From the IMG/VR virus record IMGVR_UViG_3300046779_001841, positions 96,001-160,000 of that record: a stretch of 64,000 nucleotides of DNA; one strand, written 5' to 3'. The position numbers were made by a program, and so were the translations under genes. Origin of the DNA: a virus. Lineage: Duplodnaviria > Caudoviricetes. Under the pieces are notes generated by a model. That model did not search any database, was not told the DNA's origin, and worked only from the letters and a program-made list of their open reading frames with translations. This document shows, in pieces, positions 18,135-27,900 of the stretch; position 1 is the stretch's first letter; every line of letters begins with the position of its first letter.

Positions 18135-18916
18135 GATTAGAAGAAAAAACACTAGCTATCGTTCTGCTTGACATCATAGGTAGTACTAAATTCGTACAGA
18201 TCGCTGGTGATCTTAAAGCTACCATGCTTTTCCAAGTTCATGATAAAATGGTTCGTGATCTCATCATTCGCTTCTCTGGTCAAGAAATTGATAGATCTGA
18301 TGGCTTTCTTATCTATTTTGAAACCATCCAAGATGCAGTCAATTTTGGTCTTTACTACCAAATGAATGTTCCAGATAGAACTAAACTTGCCTGCAGGATT
18401 GGTATTCATTGGTCTAAAATTATTATCGTTCATCAAGATATGAAATATATACAAGGTGGTGCTAAACGATTAGAACTTGAAGGTGTTGGCAAAAACATTA
18501 CTGCTCGAATTATGTCTATCTGTGGTAAAGGTCAAGTCTTATTATCCAAAGATGCTATGGATGAATTTAAAAAACAAGGTGTCAATAGTTTCACACCTAA
18601 ATCTACTAAACACCTTTTCGTAGGTGCTTATCAATTTAAAGGTCTTAAACAATATATAGGTGTCTATGCTCTAGGTCTGGATAAAGATGACTTAAAAACT
18701 CCACCAGATAATGACAAAGCGAAACGAATGGGTGGTCTTAATGTTTTATCTATGAATGAAAAAGATGTCGCTTTCTACAACTATATTATCCAAATCTTAG
18801 GCTGGATCTTTATTATCTGTTTTACTATAATATTCTTAGTCTTGTTTTATCTGTTCTTTGACCCTGTTCTTAGAGAACAGATTTTAATTCAAATTGGTAT
18901 TCTCAAACCTACTTAA
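18131..18916 (+). CDS. class III (adenylate/guanylate-type) nucleotide cyclase with C-terminal TM helix
   Basis: LLDIIGST, IDRSDGFLIYF, RIGIH and G..KN..ARIMS...GQVLLS motifs. Confidence 0.85.
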   Translation: MRLEEKTLAIVLLDIIGSTKFVQIAGDLKATMLFQVHDKMVRDLIIRFSGQEIDRSDGFLIYFETIQDAVNFGLYYQMNVPDRTKLACRIGIHWSKIIIVHQDMKYIQGGAKRLELEGVGKNITARIMSICGKGQVLLSKDAMDEFKKQGVNSFTPKSTKHLFVGAYQFKGLKQYIGVYALGLDKDDLKTPPDNDKAKRMGGLNVLSMNEKDVAFYNYIIQILGWIFIICFTIIFLVLFYLFFDPVLREQILIQIGILKPT

Positions 18917-19913
18917 AATCTTTATAGATTTCACGAACTACATAATTGTATTTTTTAATGTTCGTTGCATATAAGTGTTTTAAGAATCTAAAAAACTGAA
19001 TATTATCTTGAATACCTTTTTCCATTGTACTTAAAGAACTGGTATCTATGTTTAATTTTTTGACACGATTAAACATATCTCTTGCTTGTGCCTTATACTC
19101 AATATTAAGATCTATCCATTCTTTGTTTTTACGATCATTATTCTTAAATTTTCTTGATCCAGAACCCCATTCTTCGATCTTAGTTAGATCTATCATTAAG
19201 TGTTGCACCAAGTGTGTTAATTCATGTTCTATGATTTCACGCATCTCTTCATAAACAGATATTGGTGCTTTTATTAAATCTTCTAAAGACATACCCAATT
19301 CAATTATAAAGTGTTTTCTCTCTGGTATGAATTTACACACACCTTCTTCTCCATCACTTTTTAGAGTGTTGAAACTTAAAGTATATCCCATGCTATCCAA
19401 ATCATAATTCTTTAAATAAAGTAAATCTTTAAAGTGTGTATTCTTTAAGTCAATAGGTTTAGAATTGCACTGATTTTTATCAAAGTACCAAGGTTTAGGT
19501 TTGCCAAAAAAACTTTTCAAATTATACTTATAAATAAGATCAAATTTAAGAAGAAAATTTTTAATTTGTTTCTCTACATTTGAAGCATAACTCCATAAGT
19601 CTGCACTCGTTGATTTATTTTCTAACATCCATTTATACTCATCAAAAGATATGATGTTTAAATTCAAATCTACAAACCTTGATGCTATTTCTGCAAAATC
19701 TTCATAGATCACTTTTAAATCTGGATTGAAAGAATTTGCTCTTTTAAAAAGCATTACTACTTCTTCCAACTCTTCAAAAAATTCTTTTTCTTCTGTTGAT
19801 AAAGACACAGGATAATCTGCATTTTTTAAAAAGTGTGCATAGTGTATATCGAACTCTTTATTTAAATATTCTAATAACACTGCTGGCAATTTTATCAGTT
19901 TAGCTGTTTTCAT
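18909..19913 (-). CDS. HEXXH zincin-like metallopeptidase
   Basis: IIEHELTHLVQH followed by a downstream E.KA. Confidence 0.6.
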   Translation of the reverse strand: MKTAKLIKLPAVLLEYLNKEFDIHYAHFLKNADYPVSLSTEEKEFFEELEEVVMLFKRANSFNPDLKVIYEDFAEIASRFVDLNLNIISFDEYKWMLENKSTSADLWSYASNVEKQIKNFLLKFDLIYKYNLKSFFGKPKPWYFDKNQCNSKPIDLKNTHFKDLLYLKNYDLDSMGYTLSFNTLKSDGEEGVCKFIPERKHFIIELGMSLEDLIKAPISVYEEMREIIEHELTHLVQHLMIDLTKIEEWGSGSRKFKNNDRKNKEWIDLNIEYKAQARDMFNRVKKLNIDTSSLSTMEKGIQDNIQFFRFLKHLYATNIKKYNYVVREIYKDFK

Positions 19914-20355
19914 TTTTTGGCATCCAATTCTCTATGTTCTTGTTTAAGGTTACATTCTTATCATCTCTTGTCTTTACCAATTTCTCATCACTGGCAAAGA
20001 TACTTAACTTTTCTATCAGTGCATTCTGTATCTCAAATAATTGATCAGATTTCATCTGTAATTGTATTTGTGCATCTCTTAATCGACTTATCAATGCTAC
20101 TCGATCTGCATTTGCTTGTGATAGCTTGTCTTTTAATTCATTTATCTCTTCTGGTGATCTACCTGATGCGATTGTTAGCATACTTGGTATTTGTCCTGTT
20201 AAAATACCTAATGCTCCTATCAACAATTCTCTATTGCTATCTACAATCTGAAAAAAAGATAAAAAGACAATCAAACCTAAGATTAAAACCATGAATAAAA
20301 CTGAAAACCACCAACCTTTTGTTTTCTCATCATGTTGTTCCATCATTTTTATCAT
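19900..20355 (-). CDS. 2-TM membrane protein with coiled-coil tail
   Basis: two hydrophobic helices, then a heptad-like segment. Confidence 0.65.
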   Translation of the reverse strand: MIKMMEQHDEKTKGWWFSVLFMVLILGLIVFLSFFQIVDSNRELLIGALGILTGQIPSMLTIASGRSPEEINELKDKLSQANADRVALISRLRDAQIQLQMKSDQLFEIQNALIEKLSIFASDEKLVKTRDDKNVTLNKNIENWMPKNENS

Positions 20356-20403
20356 CCTGTTTGTTTTTTGAGATACACAAACAGATACTATATAAAATAA
20401 AAA

Positions 20404-20643
20404 TTAAAGTTGCTTTACATACACTTGGTGTGCCATAGACCAATAATCTGCTTCATCTTCTGTTTCTACTTCTACAAATATATCTATGTCATTAAAGATA
20501 TTCCAATCATGTGGCTTTTCATTTCCATGTGCATAGAAAAATGGATTGTTTGGGTTATCTTTATTCTCTACAACAGTGTTGTATGAAACACTGCCTTCAC
20601 TAAGATGAAGTTCATGAGATACTTTATGAATTAAGTTTTTCAT
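20404..20643 (-). CDS. hypothetical protein
   Basis: 79 aa, downstream of the deacetylase. Confidence 0.6.
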   Translation of the reverse strand: MKNLIHKVSHELHLSEGSVSYNTVVENKDNPNNPFFYAHGNEKPHDWNIFNDIDIFVEVETEDEADYWSMAHQVYVKQL

Positions 20644-20648
20644 TTGGA

Positions 20649-21506
20649 TTAACCTTTCTTGGAAATCTTGTTAAAGCTATTATAGGTTGCATAGTGCATA
20701 TCTGTTAAGACTGCTGGTGTAATAGTGGCTGATAAATAACCACCTGCAAGAACCCAACAAGCCTTGATATTGTTTTCTTTGCACCAGTTTGCTACCATTT
20801 CTTCTCTTAATTCTAAGGTTTCTTTTGAGATACCATTAAGACTTGGGTCCATACCTGCATTGTGCATGATGAAATCAACATCACAAGATTTAAGATGATC
20901 TAAACAATCTTGCACCTTTGAAAGATAGGATTGACTATCTCTATATGAGTGAAAATCTGTATGATGAATATTTTTGGTTGGCTTCCATTCATCTAAATAG
21001 CTGGTTGATAAATCTGCAATAGGAATATCTAAACCACCTAGAATATCAAATGTACCACCACCAAAATGTGCATCTACATCAAGCACACCAACTCTTTTAC
21101 CATTTTGTTTAGCAAGGATTGCTCCCATAGCTAAACCATTCACTTGGCAAAATCCCATACCATAGTTTTTACCTGCATGGTGCAAACCACTTGATAAAGA
21201 ACCTGCATATCCATTTTCCAATGCAGATAACACTGCATCTCTTACACCACCATTTGAGTGTCTAATGGATTTCAGTAAATCACTATTCCACCTGGAACCT
21301 AATGCACTCCAATCCAATGTTAAGTCAAAAAGACTTGCTACATAGTCATGGTCTAAAAATGCTCCAAGTTCTTCTCTATTCACTGGCTTTGGTTCTACTA
21401 AGAAACCACCATTGGCAAGAATTTTCTTTGCCAACCATTCACTTTTCCTTACTGTTTCTAAGGAATTTGATGTTGAAATGTAATCTGGTGAAAAATAAGT
21501 ATTCAT
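20649..21506 (-). CDS. histone deacetylase-family (HDAC/AcuC-like) zinc hydrolase
   Basis: GLHHA...GFC, DVDAHFGGGT, AGMDP and LAGGY motifs. Confidence 0.9.
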   Translation of the reverse strand: MNTYFSPDYISTSNSLETVRKSEWLAKKILANGGFLVEPKPVNREELGAFLDHDYVASLFDLTLDWSALGSRWNSDLLKSIRHSNGGVRDAVLSALENGYAGSLSSGLHHAGKNYGMGFCQVNGLAMGAILAKQNGKRVGVLDVDAHFGGGTFDILGGLDIPIADLSTSYLDEWKPTKNIHHTDFHSYRDSQSYLSKVQDCLDHLKSCDVDFIMHNAGMDPSLNGISKETLELREEMVANWCKENNIKACWVLAGGYLSATITPAVLTDMHYATYNSFNKISKKG

Positions 21507-21530
21507 AGGTTTTTTCCTTTTTTGGTTTTA

Positions 21531-21579
21531 GTCATCATTGACATAATGATAACACTTGTCGATTTGCTATCTTTGCAAC
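21531..21579 (-). promoter_or_regulatory. 49-bp element
   Basis: matches consensus. Confidence 0.8.
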
Positions 21580-21594
21580 AGACTGCAAAGATTT

Positions 21595-21897
21595 TTATAA
21601 TTGCCAGTAAGCATTTTCTGTTTTAATTGCTCTGTTTATGATCCTTGCACAAGCACCTGCATCAGTAAATTCTCTATCATTTACAGAATCAAACATTCCC
21701 ATGCAGTCATCATTGCATTGGACTTTAAGATATGTACCATATTCATCTTTTTCACAAGACACAACAATATCAATCTTACTTTTGATGAGTGCAGGGTGGT
21801 TTATCTTAATGCTCTTATTTGCAATAACAAAACCAAAGTCAATGTTCTTTGCATTAAGGTTGAGTTTAAGAGAATTTAACATTTCTAAATGTTTCAT
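21595..21897 (-). CDS. ~100-aa protein, paralog family B
   Basis: near-identical to 22243 and 22633 (VIANK, SCE.DE.G.YLKV..NDDC.G.F). Confidence 0.85.
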   Translation of the reverse strand: MKHLEMLNSLKLNLNAKNIDFGFVIANKSIKINHPALIKSKIDIVVSCEKDEYGTYLKVQCNDDCMGMFDSVNDREFTDAGACARIINRAIKTENAYWQL

Positions 21898-21919
21898 TTG
21901 ATTTCCTTTGTTTTAGGTT

Positions 21920-21968
21920 TCTATCAATCACATATCTATAACACTTATGGTTAAGCGACCTTTGCAAC
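21920..21968 (-). promoter_or_regulatory. 49-bp element lacking the GTC-N6-GAC dyad
   Basis: TTGCAA and AAGTGTTAT conserved. Confidence 0.7.
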
Positions 21969-21989
21969 CAAATGAAAATATTTTTTGAT

Positions 21990-22262
21990 TTAGTGCAAAT
22001 CACTTGGAACACACAATCTTAATGCTTTAAGCAATTCTGGATATTGTGTCTGTTCTTTTACATGACAATAAAGCTGGTAGTTTGCACCTACCAATTCACT
22101 GTCACTCACTTGTTTTAGATCTAAGCATAAAATCTCAGGTACAATCTCTAAGATGATTGTTCTGTATGTCAATCTACCATTTGACTGCACCAAGTAGTTT
22201 TCTACTTTTTCTAAGGTTTCTTGTTTTACATTGTCTAACATATTAGCACCAGGCACTTTCAT
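21990..22262 (-). CDS. hypothetical protein
   Basis: 90 aa; overlaps the paralog B gene. Confidence 0.55.
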   Translation of the reverse strand: MKVPGANMLDNVKQETLEKVENYLVQSNGRLTYRTIILEIVPEILCLDLKQVSDSELVGANYQLYCHVKEQTQYPELLKALRLCVPSDLH

Positions 22263-22539
22263 TTTGGATTGCTCTGTTTATCTTTTTTGCCAATTTAACT
22301 GCACTGGTATATTCAGTATCACTATTGGTTTCAAATAAGCCCAAACAATCATCATTTGTATGCACTTTCAAATACACACCACACTCATCTTTTTCACAAG
22401 ACACTTTGATTTCAATAGAACTGTTTGCAAGTGCTTCATTCTTGATTTCAATCATCTTATTTGCAATCACATTTTTGAACTCAATGTTCTTTGCATTAAG
22501 GTTGAGTTTAAGAGCATTAAGCATTTCTAACTTTGTCAT
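22243..22539 (-). CDS. paralog family B
   Basis: same motifs as 21595. Confidence 0.85.
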   Translation of the reverse strand: MTKLEMLNALKLNLNAKNIEFKNVIANKMIEIKNEALANSSIEIKVSCEKDECGVYLKVHTNDDCLGLFETNSDTEYTSAVKLAKKINRAIQNESAWC

Positions 22540-22568
22540 AGGTTTTTTCCTTGATCTTGGTTTTGTTT

Positions 22569-22617
22569 GTCATCATTGACATAATGATAACACTTGTCAT
22601 TGAGCGGCCTTTGCAAC
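22569..22617 (-). promoter_or_regulatory. 49-bp element
   Basis: matches consensus. Confidence 0.8.
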
Positions 22618-22632
22618 CATTTTGAAAAATTT

Positions 22633-22935
22633 TTATAATTGCCAATAAAAACTTTCTGTTTTGATTGCACTCTTTATTTTTCTTGCACAAGCTACTACAT
22701 CTGTAAATTCTCTATCATTTACAGAATCAAACAATCCTAAACAATCATCATTGCATTGGACTTTAAGATAAGTACCATAAGCATCTTGTTCACAAGAGAT
22801 CTCTAATTCAATCTTGCTTTTGGTAAGTGCTAGGTGATTGATCTTGATTTTCTTATTGGCAATCACATGAGTGAAATCAATGTTCTTGCTGGTAAGGTGA
22901 AGTTTGAGATCATTTAACATTTTTATCTTTGACAT
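22633..22935 (-). CDS. paralog family B
   Basis: same motifs as 21595. Confidence 0.85.
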   Translation of the reverse strand: MSKIKMLNDLKLHLTSKNIDFTHVIANKKIKINHLALTKSKIELEISCEQDAYGTYLKVQCNDDCLGLFDSVNDREFTDVVACARKIKSAIKTESFYWQL

Positions 22936-22961
22936 AGGTTTTTTCCTTGTTCTTGGTTTTT

Positions 22962-23010
22962 GTCATTCTCGACATACCTATAACATTTGTCATTAAGCTA
23001 CCTTTGCAAC
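22962..23010 (-). promoter_or_regulatory. 49-bp element
   Basis: matches consensus; back-to-back with 23107. Confidence 0.8.
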
Positions 23011-23106
23011 GACTATGAAAATTTTTTTAAATGTGTTGTTGCAGGAAAAGCAATATCATTGCGGCCGCTTTAGCAATATATATAGTCAAAAACTTTTTTT
23101 AGATTG

Positions 23107-23155
23107 GTTGCAAAGGTTGCTAATCCATAAGTGTTATCATTATGTCAGTAATGAA
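23107..23155 (+). promoter_or_regulatory. 49-bp element
   Basis: matches consensus. Confidence 0.8.
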
Positions 23156-23179
23156 AAGTTTTCTTGAAAGGAAAATAAA

Positions 23180-23404
23180 ATGCAAAACATGAAAAATTTA
23201 TTGATTGCTACTGGTTGGACTTCTTTTGGTGATTGTCATTTTGCCAAAGACACTAAAACCAAAAGACTAGGTTTGGCACTCAGACCAGATGGTTATAAAC
23301 TTTGGGCTGATGATGGTGTTGAAGTGAATAACTTTTACATTGAACCAAAAAGAGATGTTGATCTCATAAATAGAATTTCTGAATACCCCAGAATTTCTGA
23401 ATAA
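23180..23404 (+). CDS. hypothetical protein
   Basis: AAGGA RBS, 74 aa. Confidence 0.7.
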   Translation: MQNMKNLLIATGWTSFGDCHFAKDTKTKRLGLALRPDGYKLWADDGVEVNNFYIEPKRDVDLINRISEYPRISE

Positions 23405-23419
23405 AAAAATTTGCAGTCT

Positions 23420-23468
23420 GTTGCAAAGACTGCAAATCGTCAAGTGTTATAGATATGTCAGTAATGAC
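23420..23468 (+). promoter_or_regulatory. 49-bp element; TTGCAA sits in the loop of a TTGCAGTCT/AGACTGCAA inverted repeat
   Basis: matches consensus. Confidence 0.8.
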
Positions 23469-23496
23469 TAAACCAAAAAAACAAAGGAAACAAAAA

Positions 23497-23850
23497 ATGC
23501 AAACCACTCAAGGACAAAATATGCAAGATTTACTCAATACAGAAACTTGGAATGATGATCAATTATTTCAAGCTACCAAAATGCTTTACACTCACTTAAA
23601 TGAAAGCAAGATTAATTTAAAGTATGGTTGGAAAGCAGGCTCTTGGTATCAAGATTATGAAAATTGTATCAAAACCAAAAATCAAAGATATGATATTGGT
23701 GTCTATGAAAATCATAACATTTGGTTCAAGATTTATGTAAATGATCAACCTGAAGATTTTGAAAGCAATTACAAATGGGAAGATTTAATGAACAATCCAC
23801 AAATTGTTGTTGATGAATTTGTTGCTCTTAAAAGATCTGTTGGTAGATAA
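23497..23850 (+). CDS. hypothetical protein
   Basis: start reset to MQTTQ after AAAGGA. Confidence 0.7.
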   Translation: MQTTQGQNMQDLLNTETWNDDQLFQATKMLYTHLNESKINLKYGWKAGSWYQDYENCIKTKNQRYDIGVYENHNIWFKIYVNDQPEDFESNYKWEDLMNNPQIVVDEFVALKRSVGR

Positions 23851-23859
23851 ATTGCTTCT

Positions 23860-23885
23860 GCAGCAAAGACTGCTCAACCATAAAA
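23860..23885 (+). promoter_or_regulatory. truncated remnant of the 49-bp element
   Basis: GCAGCAAAGACTGCTCAACCATAAA resembles only the 5' half. Confidence 0.45.
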
Positions 23886-23904
23886 CAAAAAAGGAAAAAT
23901 CCAA

Positions 23905-24159
23905 ATGCCAGTTATTCTCTATAATGTAGATGGTTCTAAATCTTTAATCCAACTTTCATCTTTTAAAGATGCTCAAAATATTGTTGGTGGTTTAGTTGAA
24001 CCTGTTTATCTTTCTTCTACTCAACTTCTTCTCTGTAATGAAGAAGGTAGGTTATTAAATCTACCTGCAAATCCTTTTCATACTGATCTTTTTGGTAATC
24101 TCATTCTTATCTCTAATGATGATTTTAGAAAACTACCATATACAAATACAAAGGAATAA
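23905..24159 (+). CDS. DUF3846-like protein
   Basis: Q.IVGG.VE and CNEEG.L.NLP.N motifs. Confidence 0.7.
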   Translation: MPVILYNVDGSKSLIQLSSFKDAQNIVGGLVEPVYLSSTQLLLCNEEGRLLNLPANPFHTDLFGNLILISNDDFRKLPYTNTKE

Positions 24160-24165
24160 TCTACC

Positions 24166-24627
24166 ATGCTTAAAACTCTCAATAAATCTTTTCCTGCTTT
24201 AGCTACTAAAGCTACCATTGAAATCCTACCAATCACTTTGGATAATCTCAATCACTTCTATCAACAAGATTTAAAAACTCTTGCTGAATTTATTGATACT
24301 CCACCTAAACTTTTACTCTATCCTTCTTTTGAGAATGAAAAATATTCTCTTGATGATGCTAATGCTATTCTTTCTGTTTTACTCCAGTCTATTCATCTCA
24401 AATATGAATACTACTTGAATAGCATTAACTCTTTAACTCCTACCCATAATACTTCTTACTTTTCTGACCCTGATGATAATCTTTATCTTCTTGGTGTGAT
24501 TTCTAAAGAACATTTACTCCAACCTGTTTCTCTTTCTCATAATGTCACTAGACTTAATTGTCTTTTTCTTTCTATCATTCCTAATCTCAAACTCTTTTTA
24601 CCTTTAGTTAGGCTCTATAAAATCTAA
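24166..24627 (+). CDS. hypothetical protein (strongly C/T-biased codons)
   Basis: AAGGA RBS, 153 aa. Confidence 0.55.
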   Translation: MLKTLNKSFPALATKATIEILPITLDNLNHFYQQDLKTLAEFIDTPPKLLLYPSFENEKYSLDDANAILSVLLQSIHLKYEYYLNSINSLTPTHNTSYFSDPDDNLYLLGVISKEHLLQPVSLSHNVTRLNCLFLSIIPNLKLFLPLVRLYKI

Positions 24628-24830
24628 TTTCTTTTTATTTACTTTATTTATTCTCATTTTCACCATTCTCAATTATTTCAATCACTTAGTTAAACTTTTT
24701 CCCATACAGATATACTTCGCAAAAATCCATTATTCTGTTTATTCACTTTAGTTTCTAAAAACTATTTCAATTTTACTTTTTTATTTTTCTTTTTCAATGC
24801 ACGCTTATCAGTTTTCTCATACAGAAAGCA

Positions 24831-24895
24831 TACACACACATTACACTAAAAAGTGTGATGTAGATAAACTATAAGAACTACCAGATATGTGTGTA
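24831..24895. other. hairpin/inverted repeats at the GC-skew flip (candidate replication origin)
   Basis: ACATTACACT-AAAA-AGTGTGATGT (24838-24861, one mismatch); TACACACA (24831) and TGTGTGTA (24888). Confidence 0.45.
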
Positions 24896-24914
24896 AAAGA
24901 AAAACAAAAAGAAA

Positions 24915-27900
24915 CTACTTTAAAGTCCCATAAATTTTATTAGTTCGGATATTTAACCAGTAGTTTCGATCAGATCTAAGATTATTGGCATCAATAGTAT
25001 CTTCAAGAAAAGACTTTAAAGCACTAGGTAAGTCAGTAAGATAACCATCTAAAATTAAGAAAGGATCTTCAATATAATATCGTCTATCTAAAATAGAAAG
25101 TCGTTGAGCAGTAGGTGTGTATGGTAGAGTATCTACATTACCAATAACAGATAAGAATTGAGGATTAGTGATAGTAGTAGTATCGTCTATACCTAAAACA
25201 TCAGGATCAGAAGAAGATTGATAACCAGCATTAAAGAAATCTTGCCATGTAGAAAGATAAGGTTTAGAAGCATATAAAGAAGAAAGATTATATACATAAG
25301 ACATAAGTCGTTCATAGAGAAGATAAACAATAAGAGAAAGGTCTTTATTGTTAAGAGAAAGAATAGACCATTGTTGAATAGGAATATCAATAGTAGGAAT
25401 AAGATCAAAAGAGTAGTCTGTAGGATAAGCATTATCATAAATAAGATAATCAGTACCAATAACAGGATCTAAAGTTAAGATACGAGTATTGGTATCAATA
25501 TCAGTGATAAGATAAAGACCACGATTATCATCAAGAGTAGGATGAGTGGTAGAAGATCTAGCTTCACCTAATTCATTAGGATAAACAAAAAGATATTGAT
25601 CAGTTTGAATAGTGTCTATGTCAATAGATAAAGGCAAGATGAATTGATTAGTATTAAGAACAGAAACAGTATCAGTATATGTAGAAGAGAGAGAAGTAAT
25701 AAGAGAATTATTGATAAGTTGGATAAGAGATTGTTCAATAGGTTTATGATCTTGTTTAAAAGAATAATAAGTGTAGGATGCAGATAAAGAAACAGAATGG
25801 TCAAAGATAAGAGCAGTAAAAGATGTGGATAAGATTTCAGTGATACGAGCAAAAGGAGTATCTTGGTAGTAGAGAATATCACCAATAGAAAGAGCATCAA
25901 TATTGGATGGGTTATTGAAAGAAGTTAAGAAAGGATTAATGATGGAAAGAGAAGAAGGTTTAGTTTCAATTCGGAGATAGAAATTTTTAATGTAATCAGC
26001 TTGGAAAGAAGAAAATTTTTGGTCAAATCGTCTGGATCGTCTGATAGAGAAAGAAACAGGTAGAGTGAGATTGTTAGGTAAAGTTGGGAAAGTTGGGAAA
26101 AGATAAGTGTTGATGTTATTAAGATAGTTAGTGGAAAGAGTAGAAGTATTATCAACAGAGAGATTTGCATTGAGAAGAGCAGGAGCAGTAGTGTTAAGTT
26201 TAATAGCAGGAGTTTGGATAGAATAAGTAAGTGTGCAAGTGGTAATATGAGATCTAAGAAAGAGAGTATAAGGTTGTGGAATAGTGATATTGAATTGGAT
26301 TTTATTATTAGACAAAGTAACATTATCATTAAAAGACATGGTGTGATTTTGAATAGTGGCATCATTATCAAAAGGAAAAGAAGAAGAAAAGTTATCAAAA
26401 GGAACAATAGTTTGACCAGTGATATAACCAGAAGAAAGAGTTATAGGAGTAACGATAGGAGTGGCAGTATTAGTCGCATAGTCATAAGAAGAGATAGAAG
26501 AAAGAGAGATGATATTAGTGGATGGGTTGTAGCTGGAATAAGTGCATTTATAGATAGTAGAATCTGCATCAATTTGGATAAAGATGATAGGATTAGTGAA
26601 AGAAGAAGTATCAAAAGTATCAATTAAAGAGATTTGAGAATTAGTAGCAGATGAGAAAGTTGGGAAAGAAGGATTGAGATTGATGTTAATGGTAGGATTA
26701 AGAGCAGTTTCTTGGACGATACCGATAAGAGAAATACCATTAAAGAAGACAAGATCATTAGGAAGAACATTATCAATAGTGTTGGAAATATTAAAAAGAG
26801 TGGCATAATAATCTGAATTAGAAGAATGGTGGAAATAAGCAGTGTAGTTAGAAGGTAGGTTAGAAATCTGATCGACTTTAGCAGAAGTGAAAAGGTTGCC
26901 AGAAATATTATCATAAGATAAAGGAGTGTTGCCTTTACCAAAGAAAGAAGGAATTTTAAGAGTGTGTGTGGATGGGTTATTGTAGAAAGTGAAAGGTTGA
27001 GAAGCATTAGCAGAAAAAGAAGAATTAGAAGAAATGGATTGAGTGGATGGGGTGGATAAATTTAGATCGAAATAAGAAATATCAGTAACACCGATGATAA
27101 GTTCAGTTTGAACATTAACAGAATCAATAGTAGTATTTGTGGGTGAGAAATAAGAGAAATCGATAAAGGAGTGTGTGATAGAACAACGATCTTGATTAAT
27201 GGTAAGATTAGTATCGTAGTGGAAATCATCAAGAGAGCAGGTAAAAGGAATCATGGTATTGAAAGGAATATCAATAGAAGGGAAAATGACAGAAGTGGAT
27301 TGAAATTTAATTTCATTGATAGTGGAAAGGTCAAGGTTGCTGATATTATAGTTGGTAGGAGAAGAAATAGAAGTTTGAACAGACCAAGAACCACTATAAG
27401 AAAATCTAACACAAGAGTTTGTTATAGTGGAAGATTGGATAAATTTAAAGATGATAGGTGTTTGTTGAGTATTAAAAAGAGAAGTGAAATCGTAGTTTGA
27501 TGCGGGTGGGATAAATTTTAATCTGTATTGATAAATAGTGACTGGGAAAACAGAAATGATGGTAGGAGAGTAGACAATAAATTCTTCACCAGTAATGAAG
27601 TTTGAGATTTTGTATTCAACATTATCATTAGATTGGATATTAAGACGAGGAACAATAAGTTCGGAATCATCAGAAGATTGAAAAAAGCCATGAGTTTTAA
27701 TGATGATGAGATCATTAGTATCAGTGGGATTGATATTAGATAAAAGAATACCATTAGTGGTGTCAATATCTAAATCGAAACGAGTTTCATCTGGATAGAC
27801 AAGATTGCCAGAATATTCTTTATAGATGATAGCTTTAATATCTCTAGTGAGAGTGTTGAGAAGAAGTCTTTCTTTACCATTGATATTAGCATAAGGAATA

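Noticed and set aside
17841-18916. Assignment as a true Pycsar system
   Set aside because: Similar architecture only; gene order, partner size and pyrimidine specificity cannot be established by eye.
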